DNA of 64,000 nt from NCBI RefSeq assembly GCF_001194135.2, contig NC_068981.1, positions 132,273,445-132,337,444 on the forward strand, in the 5' to 3' direction. The translations under genes were made by a program, and so were the position numbers. Positions 1 through 12,547 of this stretch are shown in pieces. The notes beneath the pieces were generated by a model that was not told the origin of the DNA, searched no databases, and saw only the letters and a list, made by a program, of their open reading frames with translations. Each line of letters opens with the position of its first letter. Within the stretch, counting starts at the first letter, position 1. This DNA comes from Octopus bimaculoides (lineage: Eukaryota).

Positions 1-987
1 ATAATTTATGAATTTGTTTCTCTTCGAAAGTCCTCTCCCCACACCCTCGGGAAAAAAATTTCCCCGCAAATTTCTTTATAATCGTAATCTATGCCGTTTG
101 AAAATTATTTATATATAATTTCATTAAAAGATATCCATTTTCCTAAAAGTTATAAGGGAAAAAATCGGATCGTGTGAACTTTCCGAAAGTCCTCTTCCTA
201 TCCACCCCTGTTCGGTAGCGCAAATTTTTGTTTTCATATTGGTCTAATGCACATTTTTTATACCTATTACACCTGTTTTTTTTTTTTTCTGGCCGGTTGT
301 TAAAGTAGTAATTAACCGTGATTGTTCAATCTAAATCGTATAGTGTTATGAATATAATGTTTTTTTCCTTTTTGATTGTAATGTTGCTAGCCCCTTTCCA
401 ACTTTGTAGGTAATTGCAATGAATAGCTACAGGCACTAATGAAAGAAGATTAATTTATATTCAACGCAGTCTTTTTTTTTATTTCTTACATCAAGCTTTC
501 TTATTTTGCATTTTGGATATGCCCTCTTATATGGTTCAACACGATGTTCATGGGGTATATTTATGATAATAGGCGTCACATACAAAACACAAAAACAATT
601 ATTCGTATATAACAGGGGTCCTCAATTGGTCTGCCGTGGTGCATTGCTACATTATATGGTATTATTGCATTATTGCTGCACCACAAAGGATATGTATGTA
701 GGTGTGTCGCAGATTTTTAAAAATATTTTTTTTGCCTCTTTAGAAAATTCATACTAATGCTTCAGCATTTTATAAAACGTGTTGTTCATGATTTTGTTAT
801 ATGCAAGTATGATTAAAAAGCAAGGTAAGCAATAATTTTTCTTATATTCTAACTATATTTTCAGTTCTAAAATCGTTCTTTTTAATAGAATATTCCATGA
901 AATGTGAGTCGTAATGGAAAGCCTTCCTCCCGTAATTTTTGTTTTGCTATGAGGTATTTCATAAGGCAAAAATAAAAAAAAATTGAG

Positions 988-1168
988 AAGTACTTTACAT
1001 ACGCACATACATACATACATACACATACGTACATGCATACATATATATACATACATACATACACGTATGTACATGCATACATATATACATGCTTACATGC
1101 ATCTACATACAAAACACATAAGTACATACGAACTTATATTCATACACATTATACATACATACATATTC
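988..1168 (+). repeat. Compound (ACAT)n/(AT)n microsatellite, representative of dozens of AT, AC, AG, GATA and GAT tracts
   Basis: Direct inspection; most N gaps are flanked by such tracts. Confidence 0.95.
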
Positions 1169-1554
1169 AGGTGTGGTGGGGACAAGGTTAGAAAGAATTT
1201 ATGTCCGGCCACTTAAAATGAAATATTCAAAGGTTCCACATATTTTCATCGCCCTTTGAAAGATTTAGCAATAAGTTAATTGTAAAGATAGAACTAAGTC
1301 ATTAGGTTATCCTCGAATGAGTTTTTATTTTGTCAGAAACAGTTAATGCTTTCTTAATTGGACACAAGGTCTCAAACTTGTGGGTTTGGTATAGTTCACA
1401 CTGGACAATCTTTTTCGAGATGCAGGCCGCATGGGACATGGCTCACGATCAAGCAGACTGCACTACTAAAATAAATAAATAAATGAAAATATTTCGTTAG
1501 GTGTGCCATTCAGAAAATCCCGTGGGCCGTAGGTTGCCCATGACTGGTTTAGAG

Positions 1555-1701
1555 CAGTTATAGGCAAACTGCAGCCCACGGGACTTTTTGATTGACACGC
1601 CTAACGAAAACTTTCCTTGAATGTTTTTAATAGTGTGGCTCATCTATTGAATGAACCATTCCTCATGCCACCCGATTCCCGAGAAAGGTTGTTCATATCT
1701 G
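1555..1701. mobile_element. hAT-type MITE with 8-bp TSD (GTTTAGAG); a second, related hAT MITE ends at 1546
   Basis: Imperfect TIR CAGTTATAGGCAAACT / AGGTTGTTCATATCTG; identical 8-mers at 1547-1554 and 1702-1709. Confidence 0.75.
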
Positions 1702-2069
1702 GTTTAGAGCTTATGGTTGGGTGTAGAATTTAAAGGACGGGGTTGTTACGGTTGGAAAACTGTAGTTGTGTCGAAATTCCATTGTATATGTATATGATTT
1801 ACTTGTTTAGAGCATGCGAGAAACCAAAATGAATCGGACTGTTTATTTTTTTATTATGAAAAATTTCTATTTCAGACCATAAAATATGGAATACTCTAAA
1901 TTTCATACTCTCTTACATGTAGAAAGACTCAGAACTTCCTTGGTAAAATAACATAGATTCTGAAGCAGTATTTGAAGCTATACTTCATACTAAGTCACTG
2001 GAAACCTAGATATCTAGCTCAACAAGCAATACCAATTTAATTCTTGTTTAATATTGCTTTCAAATTTAA

Positions 2070-3015
2070 GATGGACAGAAACGTTAGCACGCCGGGCGAA
2101 ATGCTTAGCGGAATTTCGTCTGTCTTTATGTTCTGAGTTCAAATTCCGTTGAGATCGACTTTGCCTTTCGGGGTCGATAAATTAAGAACCGGTTGCGTAC
2201 TGGATTGATCTAATTGATTGCCCCCCCCCCTCCACCAAAATATTTCGGGCCTTGCACCTAAAGTAGAAAAGAATGTTGGTCTCAAATTTTGGCGGTGGAA
2301 TAGTCGATTATATCGACTCCAGTACTCATGTGGTACTTTACTTTATTGATGCCAAAATAAATGAAAGGCAATGTCAACCTCGGCAGCATTTGAACTCAGA
2401 ACGTAAAGACCGACGAAATTCCACTAAGCATGTTGTCTGGCGTGCTAACGATTCTACCATCTTGCCACCTTATTCTTGTTTAATATTGATTTCAAATTTT
2501 GGTACAAAGCCAACAATTTCGGGGGAGGGGCCGAGTCGATTACATCAACCCCAGTGCTCAACTGATAGTTATTTTATCCTTGAAGTTTTGGGAGGAGGGG
2601 GACTAGTCGATTACAATGACCCCAGAATTTCACTAGAGCTTAATTTATCGACCCCGAAAGGATGAAAGGCAAAGTCAACCTCAGCAGAATTTGAACTCAG
2701 AACGTGAGGACGGACGAAATGCTGCTAACGACTCTGCTCGCTGCCTTTATTATTTTAGTTTAATTTTTTTTAATGAATAAATAAATAAATAAATAAATAA
2801 AAGATCTTTAAGTTTGAGTAATGTCATGATGACCATAATCTTTAACTTAAACCAGAATAACAATACAATACTAACACGAGCGATATCACATTTTCCGAAG
2901 AAACAAACGAAAATCTTCAAATATGTATATTTAATAACGTCGTTGAATAATCCTTTCTACTATTGGTACAAGGCCTGAAATTTGCGGAGAGAGGGTTCGT
3001 CAATTACATCGATCC
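2070..3015. mobile_element. Cluster of tRNA-derived SINEs (family 'E': …gttctgagttcaaattccgccgaggtcgactttgcc…), one + copy and several - copies
   Basis: A/B-box-like head; the same sequence recurs at about 19520-19700, 28800-28980, 33810-34010, 34200-34340, 36190-36375 and 62620-62760. Confidence 0.8.
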
Positions 3016-3678
3016 CTCTGCCACCTCGACGTCTGAACATCTTTGAACTATAAAACATGTTATTGTTGAAATATAACATTTAACTATGATAGTATTATTT
3101 GATTCAATAAGTAGTGACTGTAGGCAACGCAAACACGAAATCTTACATAAAACTCTCAGAAAGAAACTGATGGATCTACTGTGTTGGATCATAATTGTTA
3201 CTGTTACTTGTTTGGTATATTTTATATACAATTACATGTCAGCACTGGTTAGGTGTCAGCCATGGTATATACTAGGGAACCCATCACTAGTAAAAAAAAA
3301 AAAAAATTACGGAAAACATTGTGTGTATGTGTGTGTGTGTGTGTATGCATATATATATAATCAAAATAAGCAACAAGGATATCCAGAGGTAATGCAGTAC
3401 GATCGTTTCATGCAACTCCATTTAATTGAACAATGTAATCATTACATCAATTTAAAATTCCGCAAGAATTTTCTTGACGACTTAATAATAAGGTAATGAT
3501 AAGGTGGCTAGCAAGTTCACACCATTACAGGTACAATATTAGTTAAATTTAGATTCAGTAGGGTATATAATACNNNNNNNNNNNNNNNNNNNNNNNNNNN
3601 NNNNNNNNNNNNNNNNNNNNNNNNNNNNNNNNNNNNNNNNNNNNNNNNNNNNNNNNNNNNNNNNNNNNNNNNNNNNNN

Positions 3679-3825
3679 TTTGGCACCCATTATAATTCTC
3701 CTTTCTTCACTGAGTTTAACAAGTTTAAACCATCTTAATTTCATTTAACATGACAATTGTCCAACCCAAAACCTTTATAATCTTCAGAGTATACCCATAC
3801 AAAAATCACTGTTAAACAACTCAGT

Positions 3826-3856
<31 letters not shown>

Positions 3857-4065
3857 GTTTGTGTGTCTGTGTTTGTCCACTAACATCGCTTGACAACTGA
3901 TGCTGGTGTGTTTACATCCCCGTAACTTAGCAGTTCGGCAAAAAGAGACCGATAGAATAAGTACTAGGCTTACAAAGAATAAGTCCTGGGGTCGATTTGC
4001 TAAATGCGGTGCTCCAGCATGGCCACAGTCAAATGACTGAAACACGTAAAGAGTATACACATGCC

Positions 4066-4096
<31 letters not shown>

Positions 4097-4149
4097 GCAT
4101 ATGCATATATATATACATATATATATATATACACACATATATATTTGTG

Positions 4150-4203
<54 letters not shown>

Positions 4204-4240
4204 NNNNNNNNNNNNNNNNNNNNNNNNATATATATGTGTA

Positions 4241-4292
<52 letters not shown>

Positions 4293-4485
4293 AATACATA
4301 TATATATGTTTATATAAATATATATGTATATGTACATAACTGAGTTGTTTAACAGTGATTCTCATATGGGTATACTCTGAGGATTATAAAGGTTTTGGGT
4401 TGGACAATTGTCATGTTAAATGAAATTAAGATGGTTTAAACTTGTTAAACTCAGTGAAGAAAGGAGAATTATAATGGGTGCCAAA
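3679..4485. repeat. 150-bp inverted repeat (3679-3828 / 4336-4485) around a SINE fragment and microsatellites
   Basis: Arms match at 146/150 by eye. Confidence 0.85.
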
Positions 4486-5600
4486 TATTCTTTTAAGAAA
4501 GAGGAGTGCCAAAAATTTCTCTAATATATATTTTTGAGATTGTTGGGTTGGCTTTTATTTATTAGTTTGAGCAATCAACGAAACAGCTTTCTGCATTCAG
4601 TAATGATTGAAGGATTGTTGTTTGTTTCATTAGAAAATTCAATGAGATCCCTGTTTATAATGTTCTCTGTTATTTGTAATTTGGTTTTACTGATGTAATA
4701 TGAGGGATCGCTAAAATATTATCTATCCCCAGAAAACATACCTTACCATTTTCTATCACTCTCTATCAAATAATTACAATCTTTATGCATGCTTAGTCTA
4801 TCTCCTGTTAACTCTTCTTAAAACTCCTTATCTTCAACATTGCTAAAACTTAAAACTTACATCATAGAGATTATATCATCTTTAGAGAATAGAAGAATTT
4901 AGTGTTGTGAAGTCAACAAAATTTTAAATGCTGTACAGGGTAACAATTTTGCAACCTCTTATGTCCTGTGACACTGCTCTTTCTTTCCTGTACTGGCACT
5001 GCAGTTTATATAGTTGACACAACAGGACACAGAATGTGACGAGGCTGGCCCTTTGAAATACAGTACTATTTATTTTTTCCAGCTGAGTGGAGTGGAGCAG
5101 CAAGAAATAAAGTGTCTTACTCAAGGATGCAATGTGCCACCAGAAATTGACCTTACAATTGTGAGCCAAATGCCCTGGCCAGTAAGCCATGCATCTTCTC
5201 AAACACAAAGACAGATGTAAACACAAACACATACACATACACATAGATATATACATATACATTTGATCAGCTTCTTTCAATTTCTGTCTACCAAATCCAT
5301 TCACAAAGCTTTGATAGGCCCAAGACTATAGTAGAAGACACTTGCCCAAGCTGCCACAAAGTGGGATTGAACTCAGAACCATGTGGTTGAGAAGCAAACT
5401 TCTTACCACACAGCCATGCCTGCACCTATATGTGTATATTTGTGTGTAATTATCAACATGTGTATGCATTTGTTTGCCAGAGAGCAATACATGAACATGT
5501 AAAATGTGATGCAATGACTTTGTTTTCTTTCTCACTCTATAATTTGTCTTTGTTTCTCCCGCATATATTCACATAGACAAATTACCTCCATCACTATCTG

Positions 5601-5636
<36 letters not shown>

Positions 5637-6199
5637 ACTTCTCTCTCTTAGTAACACACACATACACTTAAGATTCTCCTCTCCTGCTGCAAGAGAGCAT
5701 GTGTTATAATGTTTACAAAAGTTTGGAATACCTTCCTACTTTGCTTTATTTACAGTCGTGTTAGCAATTACCAGAAGTAAACATTCAGGTTCAAATAACG
5801 CAATTATCATCATCATAGTTAGCATCTAAATTTGAGACACTATTTATTTTTACTTAATTTCTTCACTCCCCCCACCCCCAGATGCTAGGGCAGTCAGTTC
5901 ATTTGAGCAGGCACCTTCATTAAACTGTACACCTAGATGCCTGTTGAAAATTGCATTTGGTTATTAAGGCACTGGAAATAGATAATAGAATATGAATTTT
6001 GTCACACACACACATGCATTTAGTTAATATTTAGTAGAAGCAACAGAGTGACTCAAGGGCCAAGAGTTTCATGCATTAGCACTTATCAAAGAAGTTTTAT
6101 ATGGTCCTTGGTCCTTGAGCCACTCTGTTGCTTTTGCTAAATATTAAGAAAAGAATGTACATATACTCGTGTTTTGAGTTCTATTTTTCCTGTTTGTGT

Positions 6200-6590
6200 C
6201 ACCAAACCTACATATATATATATATGTATTATTAAAAAATATGGCAAAAAATCATATATTAATTAATATCGATTAATTACCAGGAAGCTAGCACATTTAA
6301 AGAATCAAAGAGGTTCAGAAACAGTATCTGCAATCTCAGGGGATTAAAGTACATTTTTATATATGATGTTGACCACTAACGTGGACATTCAATGTGCTAG
6401 AAATAGATCACATCTTGTGTCTAATAAGACCTAAATTGTTCTCAACATGAAATATAGCGTGATACCAAAACGTAAGCGGGCAAGACATTTAAAATCACCA
6501 CGCTATGTTTCATGTTGAGAACAATTTAGGTCTTATTAGACACAAGATGTGATCTATTTCTAGCACATTGAATGTCCACGTTAGTGGTCA
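6200..6590. mobile_element. Palindromic (foldback/MITE-like) element; right arm runs into a gap
   Basis: About 92-bp arms at 6370-6461 and 6499-6590 with one mismatch; a diverged single arm of the family lies at about 27700-27880. Confidence 0.7.
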
Positions 6591-7187
6591 NNNNNNNNNN
6601 NNNNNNNNNNNNNNNNNNNNNNNNNNNNNNNNNNNNNNNNNNNNNNNNNNNNNNNNNNNNNNNNNNNNNATATATACATATATATACACTTATATATATG
6701 TATATATATATATATACATATATATATACTTATATATATGTATATATATTATATATATACTTATATATATGTATATATTATATATATATATTTATATATG
6801 TGTAGTACAGATTTTTTGTTGATGATAAGGAGATAGATAAATTGGAAATGAATTACAACCCTATGAATCCCACTGTGTTCCATGCCACTCTCAAAGTTGT
6901 ACTTTGTTCTTCTCTTAGCTATTCTTGCTGCAGTAGTGACAACATGAAATTCTTACATCCTCTTGCTCCGTTAAGATATTTAAGAAAAATTATATTAATA
7001 TATCTTGTCTGTTGAAAATTCATATTTCTTGCAGCTGAAGATAGCGCTGTATTTAAATTGATGTGATGATTACGTCACATCAAAATGGAGTTGCTTGAAA
7101 TAGTCACACTGCATTATTACTTGACATCCTGTTACTTATTTTGATTACACGCACACACACACACACACACACACATATATTATGTAT

Positions 7188-7341
7188 AAGCAAGTGTGGC
7201 TGTGTAGTAAAAAGCTTGCTTCCCAACCACATAGTTCTGGGTTCAGTCCCACTGCGTGGCACCTTGGGAAAATGTTTCTACTATAGCTGCAGGTTGACCT
7301 TGTGAGTGAATTTGGTAGATGGAAACTGAAAGTAGCCCATC

Positions 7342-7382
<41 letters not shown>

Positions 7383-7597
7383 TTTGTGTCTGTGTTTGTC
7401 CCCCTACCATCGCTTGAGAACCAATGTCGGTGTGTACGTCCCCATACCCGAGCAGTTTGGTATGAGAGACCACTAGAATAAGTAGTAAGCTTACAAAAAA
7501 TAAGTCCTGGGGTCGATTTAGTCAACTATAAAATTCTTTAAGGCTGTGCTCCAACAAGGCCACAGTCAAATGAGTGAAACAAGTAAAAGAATAAAAG
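7188..7597 (+). mobile_element. Near full-length tRNA-derived SINE (family 'A', octopod-type) with internal (GT)n
   Basis: Head gtggctgtgtagtaa…ggttcagtcccactgcgtggcaccttggg; multi-copy in the window. Confidence 0.85.
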
Positions 7598-7754
7598 ACT
7601 ATATACATGTGTGTTTTTGTGTTTGGACATGCATGTACATGTGTGTGTGTGTGTATGTGTGTGTGTGTGTATGTGTGTGTTTGTGTGTTTGATTGACCGT
7701 TGACTGGACACTATTCAATTTTTTTTCTCCGTGTTTTTCTCCTTGTCTCCGTAT

Positions 7755-7791
7755 TCTTTCTGTTGAAGAGCGTAGCTCGAAACGTCAAAGA
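7755..7791 (+). ncRNA. Minimal type I hammerhead-like motif (Penelope-terminus type), degenerate
   Basis: TCTTT-CTGTTGA-A-GAG cgtag CTC-GAA-ACGT-C-AAAGA: helix I 5 bp, helix II 3 bp, palindromic helix III; A6 replaced by U. Confidence 0.5.
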
Positions 7792-7880
7792 CTTTCCGTA
7801 TTCCCGAGCGTCATACTAATACATCCTTTTGTTATTTACACCACCTGTCCTCGTCTGTTGTTGTTTTTTTGTATATTCTC

Positions 7881-7925
<45 letters not shown>

Positions 7926-8165
7926 ATGATGTGTATGTGTGTTTATGTATGCCACTGTCTCCTTGCCTTAACATCACATGACTGTTATAGATGAATGTCA
8001 GTGTCATGAATGCATGTTTGGCTATGGTGAAATATTATCATACTTAAAAACAGGTGAGGGTTGGAACAGGAAGAGCATCCAGCTGTAGAATATCCCCGTG
8101 GACAGAATTTTGTTGACATGGACTTTTTACAGTTGGTTGCTCTTTCTATTGCTAAACCTCACCTG

Positions 8166-8197
<32 letters not shown>

Positions 8198-8456
8198 NNN
8201 NNNNNNNNNNNNNNNNNNNNNNNNNNNNNNNNNNNNNNNNNNNNNNNNNNNNNNNNNNNNNNNNNNNNNNNNNNNNNNNNNNNNNNNNNNNNNNNNNNNN
8301 NNNNNNNNNNNNNNNNNNNNNNNNNNNNNNNNNNNNNNNNNNNNNNNNNNNNNNNNNNNNNNNNNNNNNNNNNNNNNNNNNNNNNNNNNNNNNNNNNNNN
8401 NNNNNNNNNNNNNNNNNNNNNNNNNNNNNNNNATATATATATATATATATATATCT

Positions 8457-8618
8457 GAGTGGTTGGCGTTAGGAAGGGCATCCAGCTGTAGAAACTCTGC
8501 CAAATCAGATTGGAGGCTGGTGTTGCCATCCAGTTTCACCAGTCCTCAGTCAAATCGTCCAACCCATGCTAGCATGGAAAGTGGACGTTAAACGATGATG
8601 ATGATGATGATGGTGATG
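8457..8618 (+). mobile_element. Retroposon 3' end with (GAT)n tail (family 'B', RTE-tail-like)
   Basis: gagtggttggcgttaggaagggcatccagctgtagaaac…ggacgttaaacgatgatgat; also at 16003-16128, 42670-42820, 51830-51982 and 55960-56070, and reversed at 12935-13100, 30175-30340 and 37160-37320. Confidence 0.8.
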
Positions 8619-9075
8619 ATATATATAATGTAGGTAGGGTAAAATCTAAGTTGTGTCCTTTTGAAGCACATCTGCTTATTCCAGTATTATAATCCAGTAT
8701 GTATTTGGTGTCGTTGTTCTATTGATATGATTGGTACATATTGGAGTTGAAATTTCTGGATATATTATTTGCTGAGGTATCTATTATATAACAAAACAGG
8801 TTGCTGGAAGATTTTTGGTAGCGTATTATTTATTCACTACTACATATGTTTCGTTTGTTAATAGGAATCATAATACTATAATATTATTTGATTCTTTGTT
8901 TGAAGAATTTCTAATAGGAAATTTCTGACATGTTTTTCCAACATGTACAACTTTGTGATTTCTATTAGCAAAGGAAACATGTGTAATGGTGAATAAATAA
9001 CACCACAAAAATTTTCCAACTTTTTGTTTTGTGATATGTGTGTATGTATGTATGTATGTATGTATGTATGTATTT

Positions 9076-9511
9076 CTCTTTTATCTTTTAGTTGTTTCAG
9101 TCATTTGACTGCGGCCATGCTGGAGCACCACCTTTAGTCGAGCAAATCGACCCCAGGAGTTATTCTTTGTAAGCCTACAACTTATTCTATTGGTCTCTTT
9201 TGCCAAACCACTAAGTTACGGGGACGTAAACATACCAGCAACGGTTATCAAGCGATGTTGGGAAGACAAACACAGACACACAAACATATACACACAGATA
9301 CATATAATATATATATATAGATAGATAGATAGATAGATATACATATATACAACGGGATTCTTTCAGTTTCCGTCTACCAAATCCACTCACAAGGCTTTGG
9401 TCGGCCCGAGGCTATAGTAGAAGACATTTGCCCAAGGTGCCACGCAGTGGGAATGAACCCGGAACCATGTGGTTGGTAAGCAAGCTACTTACCACACAGC
9501 CACTCCTGCGT
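9076..9511 (-). mobile_element. Full-length SINE family A
   Basis: Reverse complement of the 7188-7597 copy; further copies at about 3861-4055, 5215-5427, 10567-10872 and 15445-15585. Confidence 0.85.
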
Positions 9512-10062
9512 ATGTATAAATTTATATGCTTATGTATTATGTGAACTTGAATATTCTAAGCATCAATATATACAAAATCTTTTCCCTCTCCTCTGTCATT
9601 AATTGAAACTGAAATCATGCAAGCAACACTTGGGTTAATCTGTCTGTCATTTACTGTACAATTCCATCAAAAACAAACCTTTATTTAAAGATTTGCTCAC
9701 CTTGAGGATGAATAGAATATTTAATCTACACACTTTCCTTGCAGCAATTATAGTAATCTTTTTCATGACTAATTTGCCTCCTTCTTTGGCCCTTAGTCCC
9801 TCACCTTTTCCTCTCTCTTTTATTCTCCTTTGTGTCTACCATTTGTTCTAGATTAATGAGTTCCGTAGTCTTCTGTCTCTTTATTTTCACTTATTGTTGA
9901 GTAATGTCATTACGAACATCATTTTGTTTGTCAGCTTCCCTACCAACTCCTGTCACCAATCTCTCTTACTCTCTCATTGTTCAGGCTTCAACCTTCAATT
10001 TAATCCACAGCTCCAATAGTTTTACACATGCACGCACACACACACGCACATGCGCGCGCATG

Positions 10063-10108
<46 letters not shown>

Positions 10109-10526
10109 TGATAATCTTCATCAACTCATCAGCTGTCATATATGCAGCACTAATTTTAGATGCTATGACTGTACATTAGTGGATTAACATTTTCTTAGGT
10201 GAATACTCTAAATTACATGTTGGCAACTAGAAAACAACCTTTTCATTTTATTATTTATTTTAATTATTCGGTAAGCTTTTGAGTTGCTCACCAGGAGATT
10301 TTTGTTTTCACTGTTGTAAAGCATAGAAGTTATGACTGGTTGAGAAGCTCACTTTACAATCATTTGGTTTCAGGTTCAGTCCCACTCTGTAGCATCTTGG
10401 ATAAATGTCTTCTAATACACCTCTGGGCTGACCAATGATTTGTGAGTGAATTTGGTAGATGGAAACTATATGGAAGTCTGATGTGTATACATCATACATA
10501 TGCATATATACATACATCCATATGTA

Positions 10527-10568
<42 letters not shown>

Positions 10569-12319
10569 CTAGTACTTATTCTATCGGTCTCTTTTGCCGA
10601 ACCGCTAAGTGACGGGGACATAAGCACACCAGCATCAGTTGTCAAGCAATGCTAGGGGGACAAATACAGACACACAAACACATACACACATATATATATA
10701 TACATATATACAACAGGCTTCTTTCAGTTTCCATCTACCAAATCCACTCACAAGGCTTTGGTCAGCCCGAGGCTATAGTAGAAGACACTTATCCAAGATG
10801 CCACACAGTGGGACTGAACCCGGAACCATGTGGTTGGTAAGCAAGCTACTTACCACACAGCCACACCTGCGACTATCCTGACAACNNNNNNNNNNNNNNN
10901 NNNNNNNNNNNNNNNNNNNNNNNNNNNNNNNNNNNNNNNNNNNNNNNNNNNNNNNNNNNNNNNNNNNNNNNNNNNNNNNNNNNNNNNNNNNNNNNNNNNN
11001 NNNNNNNNNNNNNNNNNNNNNNNNNNNNNNNNNNNNNNNNNNNNNNNNNNNNNNNNNNNNNATATATATATAATCAAAGTATACAATATTATAGATCCAT
11101 TTTAGACAATCTTACCAATTGGTTTCACACTGGGTATTAGATAACCAGATATTAGACAACAGAGCAGTTAACTAACACCACATGCTCTTCAGAGATGACA
11201 TGAAATGGAGAGATCATCTGAACTGGATCTATAATATTGTATATTTTGATTAATATACTATATTGTACAAATTTATATTTTTTCTGACTTATGGATTCTT
11301 AGATGACTATACAAACACACACACACACAATGTACATACATGCATACATGCGCACACATGCACACACACACATGTGGGCGCATGTCTGTGTTCATATTTG
11401 TATCCCCATCTGGTGTTGGTTTCTTTACATTCTGTAACTTAGTAGTTTGGCAAAAGAGACTAATGGAGTAAGTGCCAAAATTCTAAAAATAAGTACTGGG
11501 GTTCATTTGTTCTACTAAACCCTTCAAGGCAGTGCCCAATACCTGAAACAAAGAACAGATAAAAAAAATCTGTTTTCATTTACTTTCAGGAATCAGTAAA
11601 TCATTTACTGTTTTAACCTACTTTCATGGACTCAGTTCACTGGGACAGAGACTTTACCACACTCTTTAGAGGACATTGCATAACCCTTTAGTGACAGATT
11701 TCAAATACAAGACATTTCAGATTTCAGGAGTAAGGTCAACTGATAAATATCCAATCAGTGATTCTACATAGCAAAGGTCATTCACCATTGTTTCCCTTAT
11801 GTATCTTATGCAGACTCCCTCTGCATTATGGAAATATTTCATTACCAGAATATCTTGCTGTAACTGGGTATTCCATAATGCAAAACCTCTGATGAATTTT
11901 CTTGCAATATCTTTCCACCATTTTGTTTTATTTTACATAAAAAAGATATTTTTTAATGTTTTCAGGATTAAAATCTGCCAGTTCGAGTAATTCATGAAGA
12001 TAAGTTTTACTAGAGAGAATTATAAGGATTAAGATAAAATGTATGAGTGCATGAAAGAAAGAGGGGAGGAGAAAGAGAGAGAATTAGTTTTTTTATATAT
12101 ACAAAGAAAATTAGAAATGAGTAATTGGTTTGAAAATGCTCCTAGAATATTTATGTTAATCTCATTAAGTGTAAAAATTTCCAAAAACTAATATAATATT
12201 TTCATCTCTATTCCTCCTCTCCTATTTTACAATTTGAACAGTTTTTTTCTAAGTTTTCTTTTATTTCTAAGCCTAATTTCAAGTAACTCTTCCAGATGAA
12301 ATATCAATAAAATAAAAGT

Positions 12320-12547
12320 TTAACCCTTAAGCATTTAAACCATCATATCCGGCCCAAATATTCTATCTGTTTTATGTCTGAACTGTCCAGATTTGACCTC
12401 TCACACCTCCCTTACAATGTCATTCAGAAAAATATACAATCACATCATTGAAATCTGGAAATTATAAGATAGTTCATGATTAGTTCAAAACAGTTTGAAT
12501 AAATAAGCTTTACATTTGACAGAATAATCTGAATGTTAAAAGTTTAA
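12320..12547 (+). mobile_element. TTAA-flanked MITE (piggyBac-like), about 230 bp
   Basis: ttaaCCCTT(T/A)AGCATT…AATG(C/T)TAAAGGGttaa-type ends; at least 8 copies (15158-15385, 21345-21572, 32788-32905, 43350-43573, 44240-44328, 50928-51147 rev, 60603-60829 rev). Confidence 0.75.

Noticed and set aside
1547-1813. Three GTTTAGAGC 9-mers resembling the start of a Cas9-type CRISPR repeat
   Set aside because: Only 9 bp, irregular spacing, two are the hAT TSD, eukaryotic context, no cas genes
2273-2665. 130-aa ORF
   Set aside because: It lies entirely within tandem antisense SINE copies
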